DNA of 64,000 nucleotides, taken from the IMG/VR virus record IMGVR_UViG_3300009370_000002. One strand, written 5' to 3'. Below, piece after piece: positions 1-10,291 of the stretch (position 1 is its first letter; each line of letters begins with the position of its first letter). The notes beneath the pieces are model-generated. The model made no database searches, had not been told where the DNA came from, and saw only the letters and a list, made by a program, of their open reading frames with translations. Source of the DNA: a virus. Made by a program: the position numbers and the translations under genes.

Positions 1-1
1 T

Positions 2-3000
2 TTAATCAAATAATTTATCATATTCACTCTTACATTCTTCGCCATTGGCATCAAAAGGGTTCGGACGGAAATTCCGGCGCCACCACCAGGAAACCTGACC
101 ACCCATTTGCTTCAGCCAAGTTTGAACGCCGCCGCCTATGATTTTTAATATATTTGAAAACTCGAACAAATCAACTTCTGGACTTTCAAAATCATTCGCT
201 AAATAAAAACCAGAAAACATTTTTCTTAAAAATTTCTTAGCATCACGGAAATGCGCTCTGTCCCAAGCGTCTTCGGCACCAGCAGATCCTTCGAACGTCT
301 CATCGTCTCCATCAGAATTCTTTCCCTCGATAGACCGCCATCGTACCCAACCATCTTTAAATCCTATTCCAGAATCAAAAGAAATGTTACTAAGAATAGC
401 ACACATGCTCGTTACACACCTGGGATTGGAAATATAATTAAATACCGCTCTATATTCTGGGGTCTTTACTATTTGTCTTAACAAGCAATCCAAATCAAAT
501 GGATATAATCCATCACCTCCTTCAATTTTCCAATTAAAGTTTTCTACCTTACTGTCAATAACATCTATCTCAGTGCTTGCTAAAGGAAATGAAAAACTTT
601 GTGCGGAACCATCCCCAACATAAAAACACTTCTCCAAACTAGTAATTTCACTCTCTTTACTGGTTGGGGGCTTGAAGCCTTTTAACTCAGTGGTGCCGGC
701 AGGAAGATTAACAACAATTCTAATACCATATCTCAGTCCTTGCTCTCCTCTATATTCAGTTGGGGCAGTGTCTTGTATTTCCACAATACCTTGGATGGCG
801 TCCTTAAACCAATCCTGATCAATAAAGGCATGTGGCAACATTACCGTGCCATATTCCACCTCTATCTCCTTTCCATCAGCATCCACATCCTTTAAACTTC
901 TTCTCTTGAACGCTCCCATTTGTGCTTCCGAAAAAGCTATTGTATATTCTTCTATAGTTTCAAATATCCACGGAGTTGGCATATCTGTTGGGAGTGTCTT
1001 TGGGATGCCTCTTTCTTTTGCAAACCCCTCTTCTTCTTCAATTTGCCGTGGGTGATTGCTGTCCATCTTATCAGCAAAATCCTTTGCCTTCTCATCTTCT
1101 TCAGGATTCGCTTGAGGATAAAGCTCTTGCCTTCTTTGTGATAAAATTTCAAAAATCTCTACAAATTCAAACGAATACATTTTTTCTGCTGTTCCGAATA
1201 AATCACTTAAATAGTATTCTCCATATTCTTCTTTTGTTGAATCTATAAATGTCTGAAATGTTTCCAAGTTAACAACGCCCTTGAGGGTATTATCCCTATT
1301 AGCAAAAGGTTCAGGAAGATTAGCATCTGGTTTTTCAATAATTCTAATATATTTTTCTATCTTAAACCGAATTGGCTTTTTGTTGGTCGAAGAGAATATA
1401 TCTTCACTAGAATCTGACACAACATGAGAAACAGTTCCAATGTCTGTTATCGCTCCTTCTTGTAGTTTTTCTTCATATGTTCTTGTGCCAATGTTTTTAA
1501 GTTCGCTATCTTCAAACATTTCACTTGTCAACAAATATTGTCCGATATGGAGCATTTCTGGCTTCCACATTTTATTGAATCTTTCAAACACATCCTTTAT
1601 TTCCATATTAATTAATTCCGCCAAAACCTCAATACATTCTTCCTGCATTGATCTAACGGCGAATAAACATGAAGCATATTGCCAGTTGCTGTTAGAAGGG
1701 CTTCCCCAAAAATCTCCAAATTCAAGTTCTTCATCACTATAAAATATTGCGTCACCATATGTTTGGTACGCCAATGCACAATAATGAGCATACTGCTTTT
1801 TGAAGTTAAACGTGCTTTGCATCCTTTTGGCAGGGATGTATCCTTCTAATATTTTATCAACCTTTAAATATTTTTCACCACCAAACTGAACGGAAGCTTG
1901 CATTTCCTCCATATTTTGAACGCCGGCCTCATTGGTAATGCCACTCATTGTCTCATAAACGCCGCCTTTAGACTTAAGCTCTCTCAAGGTTGACCTTCTA
2001 CCGGAGGTTCCAGAGTTTGTCATGGCTGAGTCCCACTCCATTTGAGAGGCTGGCCTAGGCTTAGTGTATGACCACTTTTCTTTTCTATCTGGCTTTTTTT
2101 CATATTCTTTAATCACTTTGTCAATTTTAAAGAAATTGCTATTCTCATTAGGGGTGTCTATTGGATTTTCTGGGTATATACCTCCAAGCTCTGCTGCTTT
2201 TTCATATGTCTTTCTTCTACCTACTGTTCCATCGTCTGTTATGCCCGAATACCACTCATCCCAAGAAGCCTCTATCGGTTCTGAGTACTCATAAACAGGA
2301 ACACTTATCATTTTGCCACGGTTTTTCTTTCCAGTTTTAAAATCGATATAGTGTCCCGGCAAGCTTATTTTCCTATTTTTTCTTCCTATCAAAGCGTCTT
2401 CTGAATCAATGCCCTCATACTTGCGGCAACCCCACCACATATCTGGCTTCCAAGTATAATCTTCTTGCAATTCCCTTATCTTTGTGTATATTTCCTCAAT
2501 CCGAGGAGGAATTTCTTCTATATCACCACTGTCATACATTCTCCAATACATTTGTACCGCTTGTTCCAAGAATGCCAGCCAGTAGTTCGTTTTTTCAATT
2601 TTTCTTGGAAACCAACCGCCATCAGTTACTGCTAAATCCTGTTGTATTCTTTTTGCTATCATCATGCCAAATGAATTATCAAAATTATTTGAGTTATATT
2701 CCACAAAACTCAACACCGGTATCGCCAAAATAAGTTGCTCAATCACATTAATTCGAATGGCCGCTTTTACACAACCTTCTATCATACCCTTCCCTTCTCT
2801 ACCTATCAGCCTGTCAAACGGGATATGATAGAAGCAATCGCCTCTTCCTTCAAATATTTTTTCATTAACCTTAGCTTTATTTTTTGCATTTTTAGCATGA
2901 CGTTTTATGGCTGTGGGTTGGAGTATATTCTCCTCAGCAGGTTTACAACCAGTCATACTTGGGGCAATAGCTCTGGCAATTCCAAGCCAGCCACGATATC

Positions 3001-6000
3001 TTCTATCTTCGACATACCATGGTGGTGCTCCATAGGTTCCTCCATATTTCTTTGGATCAAGAATGTGTACCCTTGGGTTGTGCTTTTTCATTTTCCCAAG
3101 CACTTGTTCTTCTTCATCATAATTGTACTCTTCCCCCTCGGGACCAACATATTCAATATATTCCCCGTACACATCCTCTTCCAAATATCCAAACGCAAAT
3201 CCATCGGGAACAGTTACTGATTGACTGCCACCGTCAAGTTGTCCTTTCTCATCAACAGTTGCCACTGTTAGCGGTTCTAACTGATTGTCTCTAGGTATAA
3301 TATCCAAACAAATATCCCTGACTATAGTGAAGAACTTATCAATTGTAGATTCATACGTAGTGTCAGAAACTTTAACATCTATATAATCAAAATGCTTTGA
3401 AATTGCTTTAGTCAAAACATGATTTAAGGCAGTTATTCTATAGCGCTCACCTTCTACAGCTTGCACTCCGGATAAAAGAGCATCTGTGTCTTCATCCACG
3501 TTCATCGAAACAATCAACGGATAATTGGAAAGAAAACCAGTAGCATAAGACGGGTTACGTATAAAAGGATTAAGTTTGTCTTTAACTATTATTTTGTAAT
3601 CAAGATTTTCTCTAAATTCAGGAACCTGGACTTGGGAAACATATTCAACAGCTTGTACCGGAAAATTTCCATCTTTATATTCCCCAGTCTCGGGATCAGT
3701 CTGAATAGGTGGGCACTGATATGTCATTGAATATTCCGATTCCTCTAGCGCAGGGACATCCAAGTTCATAACTAAACTTTCAACTTTGCCGGGTGGCTCT
3801 TCCCAAGTAACTTTAACATCCTCAGACGGAGTTATATTCCCAAGTGGTGATAGCTTATACTCAAATTCTTGTTGCAATTCTTGAAATAAATGCAAATTTA
3901 CTGTTTTTGGAAAAAAACCAGAGTCTGGTACGTGCCATAATAAATCAAAGTGTAGTCCGGTGTTCTCTATTTGCTCTTCTGAGTCCCAAATCGCGTACTT
4001 TGTTAAGAAGAATCTTCTAAAAAAATTGTGCATCACATAGTTTTGACCCGTTGTGTCAGATAATATATTAGATAAAATAGCACCTCCCCATGGACTGCCT
4101 GCCAACCCTTCAGAAAACTGTTGAGCAAACACTTCCCAAATTCTATCCAAAGAGGCGTTAGACATCGATACTATTTCACCTGGCATATCTACTTTAGAAT
4201 TGAGTCTGGATTTTTTCAAATCTTTATCGCACTTGTCTTTCTCTGCTGATGGATCTGGATCACCCCACTCATCTCTGCCGGGCGGTGGGGATAACATCAT
4301 CATTAGTGCGTTTTGCACCTGTTCGTTTGGATCCTCAAGAGCATCCTCAAAAGCTTCCATTGTTCTTCTGTTCCAGTCACCTACTACTTTTTCGGCTACG
4401 CCACGAGGGAGCCCGTCAGATTCCAAATTTGATGCTCTAAGGTTGTTCCACTGCTCCAATTCATTAGAAGTTAAGCAGATGGTGTCAAAGAAAGGTTCAG
4501 TCTCAAAGCTGTCCGGGGGTTCCATGCCCATTGCGGCTCTTATTGAATTTTTATGATCCAATGGCAAAATGTTAGCCATCTGTTGAAAAACATGAGCGCA
4601 TTGCTCTGGGGTTCCAAAGAAAGGCACCATCTCAGGAGCATTTCTTCTAATGGAGCGAACCACCCTCTTCATCAAGTCAGGGTTTTCCATTGGAAGGAAA
4701 AACATCCTCATTACCTCTCCCTTTGTATATTGTGAAGACATTGCCATGGCAACCTTCTCTGCTGTTTCTTTTGCCTGGGCTTTGTTTGTGATTCCTGCCT
4801 TTTGCATGGCTCCTGCCATTGCAGCTTTGGCTTTCGTTTTAGGTGTCTCTGGTCCACAAAAACCGTCCCTGAACGCCTCAAGAAGGGGGTTTTTATCATA
4901 ATTGCCGGTAACTGTATCTAATCCTGCTTTACCAAGTGCGCCCAATGCCTTACAAAGAGCAGATTCTAATTCTATCAAAAACTGAACTGCTATCTTTACA
5001 AGAATTGATGCTACAACTTCCCAAAATGCTGCTATGAGAGCATCCATCAGTAGTCCCCACGGATTTGCAAAATCTCCAAGTGATGGTATTGTAAAATCTA
5101 TAATTGGATTAGTCGGATCACACCAATCTGGTGATTTAAAATTAAAATCTAACATCTCTTTTATTGGCGGATCGATTATTGGCTTTTTGGGGCATGTGAA
5201 AAAATCAATAACGAAATCTGGAACTGCATCAATTCCGGGCAGTTGTTTCAGCAATGCCATCATTGTTGAAGTGTTTAGTGCGTCCAAAATAGCCTCTACA
5301 TATGCCTCCAGCACAATTCCTGTAATTTCTGCTGCTGCTTTTCCAACTGAAGCTTGTTTTGGGTTTCCAAGTTCTTTCTTCACTTTATCCAATTCGGCTT
5401 TTGCTGCCATTTTGTCTTGCATCTTCTTCAATTTTGCCTTATCTTTTTCCCAATCCTTTGGATCCTTCTTTTCTAAAACATCTAGCTCCTTCTTGGCATC
5501 TTCTGCTGCAAATGCCTTGCCTCCTACCAACCTCCCCATTTCTTTGTTGATTGTTTTTTTAAGTCTTTCCTCTTCTTTCCAATCTTCGTATTCAGAAGCA
5601 AGTTTCTTGAATTTATTGTTCTTCCTGTCAGTAAGAAATTGGGATAACTTTGCCTTTGCTTTACCAGCAGTTTGAGAAATCGCTGGACCGATCTTTGTCT
5701 TTTCCCCAACCCACTTAGCAGCATCTCCTATTTTTTCTGCGCCATCGGCGACGATTTCACCAAGCTCTGGTTCAATGGAGATTGTCTTGCCCTTGTTCTC
5801 ATCATACCACTCTTTGCCTTCTTTCACTTTCTCATCATACCACTCTTTGGGTTTGCCCTTGTTCTCATCATACCATGAAGCGGTATCCACCTCTTCATCT
5901 GGTTCCGGGGGAGTTTCGGTTAAGTCTATATTGTTCTCTTTAGCATACTGGATAACATCAGGATGATGCTCTTGTGATGGTGGCGCAGCACTAGGTTTAC

Positions 6001-9000
6001 TTTCACCAGAAAGGGGCTTTTGTTCTGGAAAATCATTAGCAAATTGTGCAGGACTAAGGTATGCCCTCATTGCTTCCTCCCATGCGATGGCATTTGCCTT
6101 GTGCGGAATATTGCCGGGGCCCTTAAAAACTTTATTCATAATAGCCATATATGAGGTATATGCTTTCTCATTTTTGTATTTCCCATCAGGACCTTTTTCC
6201 GGCATTGTGATTGTCGTGCGATTGCTTTTTGGCTTAAGAATTTTAATATCGCCATCATCAGTTAGCCTATATTTCCATGCTCCTCCTTGTTCTTCGCCAT
6301 CAACATACGTAGGATGTGGTTTGAAATCTGGATCATCACTCGGGCTGTAACCTCTAGGTTGCGCTTTGGTTCCCTCGGCTGACGTTGTTGATTCTTCTGC
6401 GGTGGCTTTTTCAGCCGCAAGAGCGGAAGGTTTTATGCTTTTCTTTTTTGGGTTTTTATTCCAATTAGCAGGGTTAAGGAATGCATCAGCATCAACAATA
6501 GCTCCTTCGAAAAAGTTTTCTAGCTTTTTATTAACCTTATCACTAATTTCAATTTGCTTTTCTATCGGCAACCACTCTGTCACAAAGTGAATAAACTTTT
6601 CTATTGACAACCTGCCGAGAGTTTTTTTCAATAATATTCCGAGCATACTTTCCAAATCTATTTGACCCATTAAACATTCTGCTACTTTTTTTAAGCCCAT
6701 CATCATTCCACATAGACCTATCGAAGACAAGAAGGCTATAACCCCCTCTTTCGGATCTTCTGGGCGACTTGGGTGATCACCAGTCATATAATCAGCAAAT
6801 ATTTTTATCAAACTGTTTTCGTAATCAAACTGTTCCCATATAGCTGATTTTATGTCTTCCGAATATGGGTGAGCCTCCCTGAGTTCTTTTAATTTTGCCT
6901 TACCGGCTTTTGATTCTTTTAAAATCTTTTCTGCTTCATCGGCACCTTCCGATTCCATCCATTTGTCTAACTCCTCTTCCGATGATAATTTGATATCAGA
7001 CACGTACTCATCGTCTGTCTTTTTTGAACCATCGGGGTTGCGGATATTCAGCATTTCTTCTTTTCTTTTTTGTCTCAATTCCGCTTTAATCGCCTCATAC
7101 CACTTATAATACTGATCTTGTGCTTCGGCAGACATCGCCCAACGCACCAACCCCGGATCTTTTTGAAGAGACTCATCCTTACACATCTCTTTTCGAAGCT
7201 TGTCTTTAAAAACATCCCACGTACCAACAACAAGGCCATCTAGTATTTCACCCCAACTTTGAGAACTCATCAAGGGAAAACTATCCAAAACGCACCCAAG
7301 AGTGCTTTGGTCAGCTTCTGTTTCTCCTTTCGTCGTCAATCCAAGATCTATCTTGATGGGTGGATATACAAATTCTTTAGCCCACTCATAGATAGGCTTT
7401 TTTTCTTCAGCTTCCATTGTCATAAGAACGGTTCCCTTTTTGCTTAAAAAGTACAAAAGAGTCTCGTTGTTAACTCTATTCTTAAATCGCTTCAAATATT
7501 TAGCCTTTTTGTAAACAACCTTGCTATCTTCATTGGATAGTGGGCCAGGGGAATCTTCTGGATCTGTTTCTGTCTTTGTTTTTCCCAATGTACTATCTTT
7601 TTCAGAAAATGAAACCAAGTTTTTGCTAGTAAGTTTCACTTCTGGGCATGACTGCGCTGTAACGTATACATTTTGAATTTGTAGCTTTTCGATATCTCCT
7701 ACTTTCTTCCTGGCTATTTCAATTCTAACGGATTCAACAGTCTGATTAGTCCAGTGCTCCCAAAAAGAGAGAGGATTTGATAATATTGATTTTTGATAAC
7801 TAAACGACCAACGATTTTTATTTAGCAATTTCGCCAACTCAACCTTAAAGCTTTTCAAAGCTTGAATTACAGGACCGAACTCAAAAGTATCAAATGATGT
7901 TGCCCCCTCTTTATCAAACACAATTGAACCATGGTCATTAATTCGAAAAATATCATAATCCCAGTTCAAAAGCGTCAAGCCAGTCCACAAAGTTTGGTAT
8001 TCAGTTGCCCACTCAGCATTCTCTATTTCTATCTCCCCATCTGGATCCTTCTCATCATCATCATCTTCATCTTTAGAATCCGGCAACAAATCCAAATTAA
8101 AGGCGGCTACTTTAACTACATACCTAATTATTTTAGAATTTGGCAACATATAAACGCCATCTTCTGGTACTCTTGCCACCCATTCCAAAGCATATGGGTT
8201 TATCTGTCCATATTTAGACTCTAATCGCTGAAGGGTGGTTAATATGTCTGAGCCTAAATATGTTGTTATTTGGGCGTTCATCCTTTCCAATTCACGCTTC
8301 TCTTCTTCGTTCCCAAACATCGCATTGCCTAAGTCCCAAAGCTTGGCACCAACGGTACCCAAAGTACCAGCAACCAACATTGGAATTCCTCCAACTGCAC
8401 CGACAAGAAATTGTTGCCATACTTCTGGTGGACCTTGTGCCATGCCAGCGAACAAACTTTTTTCAGCGCGATGCAATTTCATAGCATACGTTTGAATTGC
8501 CTTTTTGTTTTTTTCAAGATCTGCTGCGGAGGCAACACACCCACCAAAGGCACACACTGTTCCATCACTATTCTGCTTTCCTGTCTCGTCTAGCAATTGT
8601 CTTATTCCATGCCTAACTCTAACTGGATCTCGTGCCCACGTTAAAAGAGAATCGAATTTGAATCTCCTAGGCTGATTTCCGAACGTTTCGAGTGCATCCT
8701 CAGGTGCAGCCGCCAAATCGAAAAACTCCACATCATATTCATTTGTTATATAATCATCCGCCAGTCTTTGGGCTTGCGCTTCCAAATCTTCCATTTTGTT
8801 TTCGGGTATATTAGCAATCCCTTCTTCCGACATGGTAGTTTCAATCAATTCTTGGAGATATTGATCGTATTTTTCTTTGCGCTTCGCTTCAACATCAACA
8901 ATCTCTTTCGTATCGAATATCTCTTCAAAATTGACTTCAACAACAGCGGTGTACTCACACGTCCTCTTGTCTAAGAAAACCAATTCTTCATATTCCGGAT

Positions 9001-9199
9001 CTTTCCAGTCATCTTCTATCGCCGATTCATCGGGAGTACATGTTGGACAATATGGGGCAGCTACTAAAAAGTCTTTAACAGCGCAATCATCTTTTTGCAA
9101 ATTTTCGAACCCAGTTCTCGAAGGTTGGACAGTGGAGTCGCTTTCTTCTGGTTGGATATCTGGGTTTGGTACTTCTGGTGTTGGTTTTGGATCTGGCAT
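2..9199 (-). CDS. Giant 3065-aa hypothetical protein, probably virion/baseplate-associated
   Basis: Uninterrupted ORF ending in TAA at 2-4; acidic and Lys-rich segments, N-terminal CPTC; directly downstream of spike-like and peptidase genes; no family recognised. Confidence 0.6.
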   Translation of the reverse strand: MPDPKPTPEVPNPDIQPEESDSTVQPSRTGFENLQKDDCAVKDFLVAAPYCPTCTPDESAIEDDWKDPEYEELVFLDKRTCEYTAVVEVNFEEIFDTKEIVDVEAKRKEKYDQYLQELIETTMSEEGIANIPENKMEDLEAQAQRLADDYITNEYDVEFFDLAAAPEDALETFGNQPRRFKFDSLLTWARDPVRVRHGIRQLLDETGKQNSDGTVCAFGGCVASAADLEKNKKAIQTYAMKLHRAEKSLFAGMAQGPPEVWQQFLVGAVGGIPMLVAGTLGTVGAKLWDLGNAMFGNEEEKRELERMNAQITTYLGSDILTTLQRLESKYGQINPYALEWVARVPEDGVYMLPNSKIIRYVVKVAAFNLDLLPDSKDEDDDDEKDPDGEIEIENAEWATEYQTLWTGLTLLNWDYDIFRINDHGSIVFDKEGATSFDTFEFGPVIQALKSFKVELAKLLNKNRWSFSYQKSILSNPLSFWEHWTNQTVESVRIEIARKKVGDIEKLQIQNVYVTAQSCPEVKLTSKNLVSFSEKDSTLGKTKTETDPEDSPGPLSNEDSKVVYKKAKYLKRFKNRVNNETLLYFLSKKGTVLMTMEAEEKKPIYEWAKEFVYPPIKIDLGLTTKGETEADQSTLGCVLDSFPLMSSQSWGEILDGLVVGTWDVFKDKLRKEMCKDESLQKDPGLVRWAMSAEAQDQYYKWYEAIKAELRQKRKEEMLNIRNPDGSKKTDDEYVSDIKLSSEEELDKWMESEGADEAEKILKESKAGKAKLKELREAHPYSEDIKSAIWEQFDYENSLIKIFADYMTGDHPSRPEDPKEGVIAFLSSIGLCGMMMGLKKVAECLMGQIDLESMLGILLKKTLGRLSIEKFIHFVTEWLPIEKQIEISDKVNKKLENFFEGAIVDADAFLNPANWNKNPKKKSIKPSALAAEKATAEESTTSAEGTKAQPRGYSPSDDPDFKPHPTYVDGEEQGGAWKYRLTDDGDIKILKPKSNRTTITMPEKGPDGKYKNEKAYTSYMAIMNKVFKGPGNIPHKANAIAWEEAMRAYLSPAQFANDFPEQKPLSGESKPSAAPPSQEHHPDVIQYAKENNIDLTETPPEPDEEVDTASWYDENKGKPKEWYDEKVKEGKEWYDENKGKTISIEPELGEIVADGAEKIGDAAKWVGEKTKIGPAISQTAGKAKAKLSQFLTDRKNNKFKKLASEYEDWKEEERLKKTINKEMGRLVGGKAFAAEDAKKELDVLEKKDPKDWEKDKAKLKKMQDKMAAKAELDKVKKELGNPKQASVGKAAAEITGIVLEAYVEAILDALNTSTMMALLKQLPGIDAVPDFVIDFFTCPKKPIIDPPIKEMLDFNFKSPDWCDPTNPIIDFTIPSLGDFANPWGLLMDALIAAFWEVVASILVKIAVQFLIELESALCKALGALGKAGLDTVTGNYDKNPLLEAFRDGFCGPETPKTKAKAAMAGAMQKAGITNKAQAKETAEKVAMAMSSQYTKGEVMRMFFLPMENPDLMKRVVRSIRRNAPEMVPFFGTPEQCAHVFQQMANILPLDHKNSIRAAMGMEPPDSFETEPFFDTICLTSNELEQWNNLRASNLESDGLPRGVAEKVVGDWNRRTMEAFEDALEDPNEQVQNALMMMLSPPPGRDEWGDPDPSAEKDKCDKDLKKSRLNSKVDMPGEIVSMSNASLDRIWEVFAQQFSEGLAGSPWGGAILSNILSDTTGQNYVMHNFFRRFFLTKYAIWDSEEQIENTGLHFDLLWHVPDSGFFPKTVNLHLFQELQQEFEYKLSPLGNITPSEDVKVTWEEPPGKVESLVMNLDVPALEESEYSMTYQCPPIQTDPETGEYKDGNFPVQAVEYVSQVQVPEFRENLDYKIIVKDKLNPFIRNPSYATGFLSNYPLIVSMNVDEDTDALLSGVQAVEGERYRITALNHVLTKAISKHFDYIDVKVSDTTYESTIDKFFTIVRDICLDIIPRDNQLEPLTVATVDEKGQLDGGSQSVTVPDGFAFGYLEEDVYGEYIEYVGPEGEEYNYDEEEQVLGKMKKHNPRVHILDPKKYGGTYGAPPWYVEDRRYRGWLGIARAIAPSMTGCKPAEENILQPTAIKRHAKNAKNKAKVNEKIFEGRGDCFYHIPFDRLIGREGKGMIEGCVKAAIRINVIEQLILAIPVLSFVEYNSNNFDNSFGMMIAKRIQQDLAVTDGGWFPRKIEKTNYWLAFLEQAVQMYWRMYDSGDIEEIPPRIEEIYTKIRELQEDYTWKPDMWWGCRKYEGIDSEDALIGRKNRKISLPGHYIDFKTGKKNRGKMISVPVYEYSEPIEASWDEWYSGITDDGTVGRRKTYEKAAELGGIYPENPIDTPNENSNFFKIDKVIKEYEKKPDRKEKWSYTKPRPASQMEWDSAMTNSGTSGRRSTLRELKSKGGVYETMSGITNEAGVQNMEEMQASVQFGGEKYLKVDKILEGYIPAKRMQSTFNFKKQYAHYCALAYQTYGDAIFYSDEELEFGDFWGSPSNSNWQYASCLFAVRSMQEECIEVLAELINMEIKDVFERFNKMWKPEMLHIGQYLLTSEMFEDSELKNIGTRTYEEKLQEGAITDIGTVSHVVSDSSEDIFSSTNKKPIRFKIEKYIRIIEKPDANLPEPFANRDNTLKGVVNLETFQTFIDSTKEEYGEYYLSDLFGTAEKMYSFEFVEIFEILSQRRQELYPQANPEEDEKAKDFADKMDSNHPRQIEEEEGFAKERGIPKTLPTDMPTPWIFETIEEYTIAFSEAQMGAFKRRSLKDVDADGKEIEVEYGTVMLPHAFIDQDWFKDAIQGIVEIQDTAPTEYRGEQGLRYGIRIVVNLPAGTTELKGFKPPTSKESEITSLEKCFYVGDGSAQSFSFPLASTEIDVIDSKVENFNWKIEGGDGLYPFDLDCLLRQIVKTPEYRAVFNYISNPRCVTSMCAILSNISFDSGIGFKDGWVRWRSIEGKNSDGDDETFEGSAGAEDAWDRAHFRDAKKFLRKMFSGFYLANDFESPEVDLFEFSNILKIIGGGVQTWLKQMGGQVSWWWRRNFRPNPFDANGEECKSEYDKLFD
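5787..5875. repeat. Three imperfect 33-nt tandem repeats (WYDE..K motif) inside the giant ORF
   Basis: ttgcccttgttctcatcatacca at 5787-5809 and 5853-5875, partial copy between; protein WYDENKGKPKE-WYDEKVKEGKE-WYDENKGK. Confidence 0.85.
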
Positions 9200-9208
9200 T
9201 TTGTTTCC

Positions 9209-10270
9209 TTATGTTGTGTTGACGTGGTTGCTATTAATATAATCTCCCATCAATGGGTTTAGATAATTTAAATTTTGACTTAATAATTCAAATGTGAATT
9301 TTAAAGATTTGGCTTTATTTTTTGCAAAATGCACCCCAGTTCTCGTTGTGGCGAGAGAGCCTAAGGCAAGTGGGGGGCCAGTTGGGCTTCCAAGGACTCC
9401 TCCAAATTCATGAAAATGAGCAGCAAAATAAGTAGTCAGTTCCATTATTGCATTAGAATTAGCATTAATCATGCTTTGTAAGTCTGTTTGGTTTTTTTGT
9501 ACCTTTTTTAAATATTTTATTAAGCTTTGGCCCTTCACTACAGGTTGGAGTGTTTTTGTTTTTTTCTTGTGTAACGGCAAAAACTTACCAAACACACTCA
9601 GAATGCCCTTCTTTTTAGGATCAGTATAATTCCCAGCAATAAAATCAATTCTGCTTTCTCCGGGTTTTATCTTGCCGCCTTTTGAGTTGCGTTCCCCATA
9701 GGTACCGCCGCCCTCAAGTCTTGATTTACCAGCTACTATTTTTACATGCTCTCTCCCAATGAGTCTAACATGGTCAGCTTTTATCCCAACTCCTGATTTA
9801 TATTTTGCCATTTGTTTACTCTCAGACCCTACCGCTAATCCAAAATATTCATCAATGTTGCCTTTTTCGGTTATATAAACTCGGGCGGAATCCTTAAAAA
9901 AACTTGGGTCAACCCTCCTAACTTCTTCGATAGCATAAGCAACACCGCCACCTGCTTCGCCGGCGCTGTTTTTCTTTTTCCATTTCTTTATGTGCTTCTT
10001 GTATTGATATCCGCCAAGCCCACAAACTAAATCAATAGAGCCACAGCCTGTTCCCCCGTATCCCCCAGCGCCACCGGCTTTGCTTTCATCTCTATCGCGC
10101 CCAAGCACAATAAACGAATTGTTATTTCCTTGAATAAGGTTTTCGCTCCCAGACTCTTTCCACTCTGGGACGTACATACCCTCATTTAAGAATTCACCAT
10201 ACAAGCCGCCATATGGGCTATGCTGGTTACTTAATTCCGTTTCGTCTCTATTCTTTAGTTTATCTGTCAT
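9209..10270 (-). CDS. Baseplate central spike-like protein (gp5/gpV-type beta-helix with HxH apex motif)
   Basis: Repeating short beta-strand segments (SFIVLGRDR, SARVYITEK, GVGIKADHVRLIGREHVKIVAG) and C-terminal AHFHEF, resembling the metal-binding HxH of P2 gpV/phi92 gp138 spikes. Confidence 0.55.
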   Translation of the reverse strand: MTDKLKNRDETELSNQHSPYGGLYGEFLNEGMYVPEWKESGSENLIQGNNNSFIVLGRDRDESKAGGAGGYGGTGCGSIDLVCGLGGYQYKKHIKKWKKKNSAGEAGGGVAYAIEEVRRVDPSFFKDSARVYITEKGNIDEYFGLAVGSESKQMAKYKSGVGIKADHVRLIGREHVKIVAGKSRLEGGGTYGERNSKGGKIKPGESRIDFIAGNYTDPKKKGILSVFGKFLPLHKKKTKTLQPVVKGQSLIKYLKKVQKNQTDLQSMINANSNAIMELTTYFAAHFHEFGGVLGSPTGPPLALGSLATTRTGVHFAKNKAKSLKFTFELLSQNLNYLNPLMGDYINSNHVNTT

Positions 10271-10291
10271 TATTTCTCCTCATTCGTTTTC

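Noticed and set aside
251-9242. Many plus-strand ORFs opposite the giant gene (e.g. 5034-5675)
   Set aside because: Ser/Phe/Leu-rich antisense shadows with no RBS or motifs; same for 37761-38372 and 49493-50281
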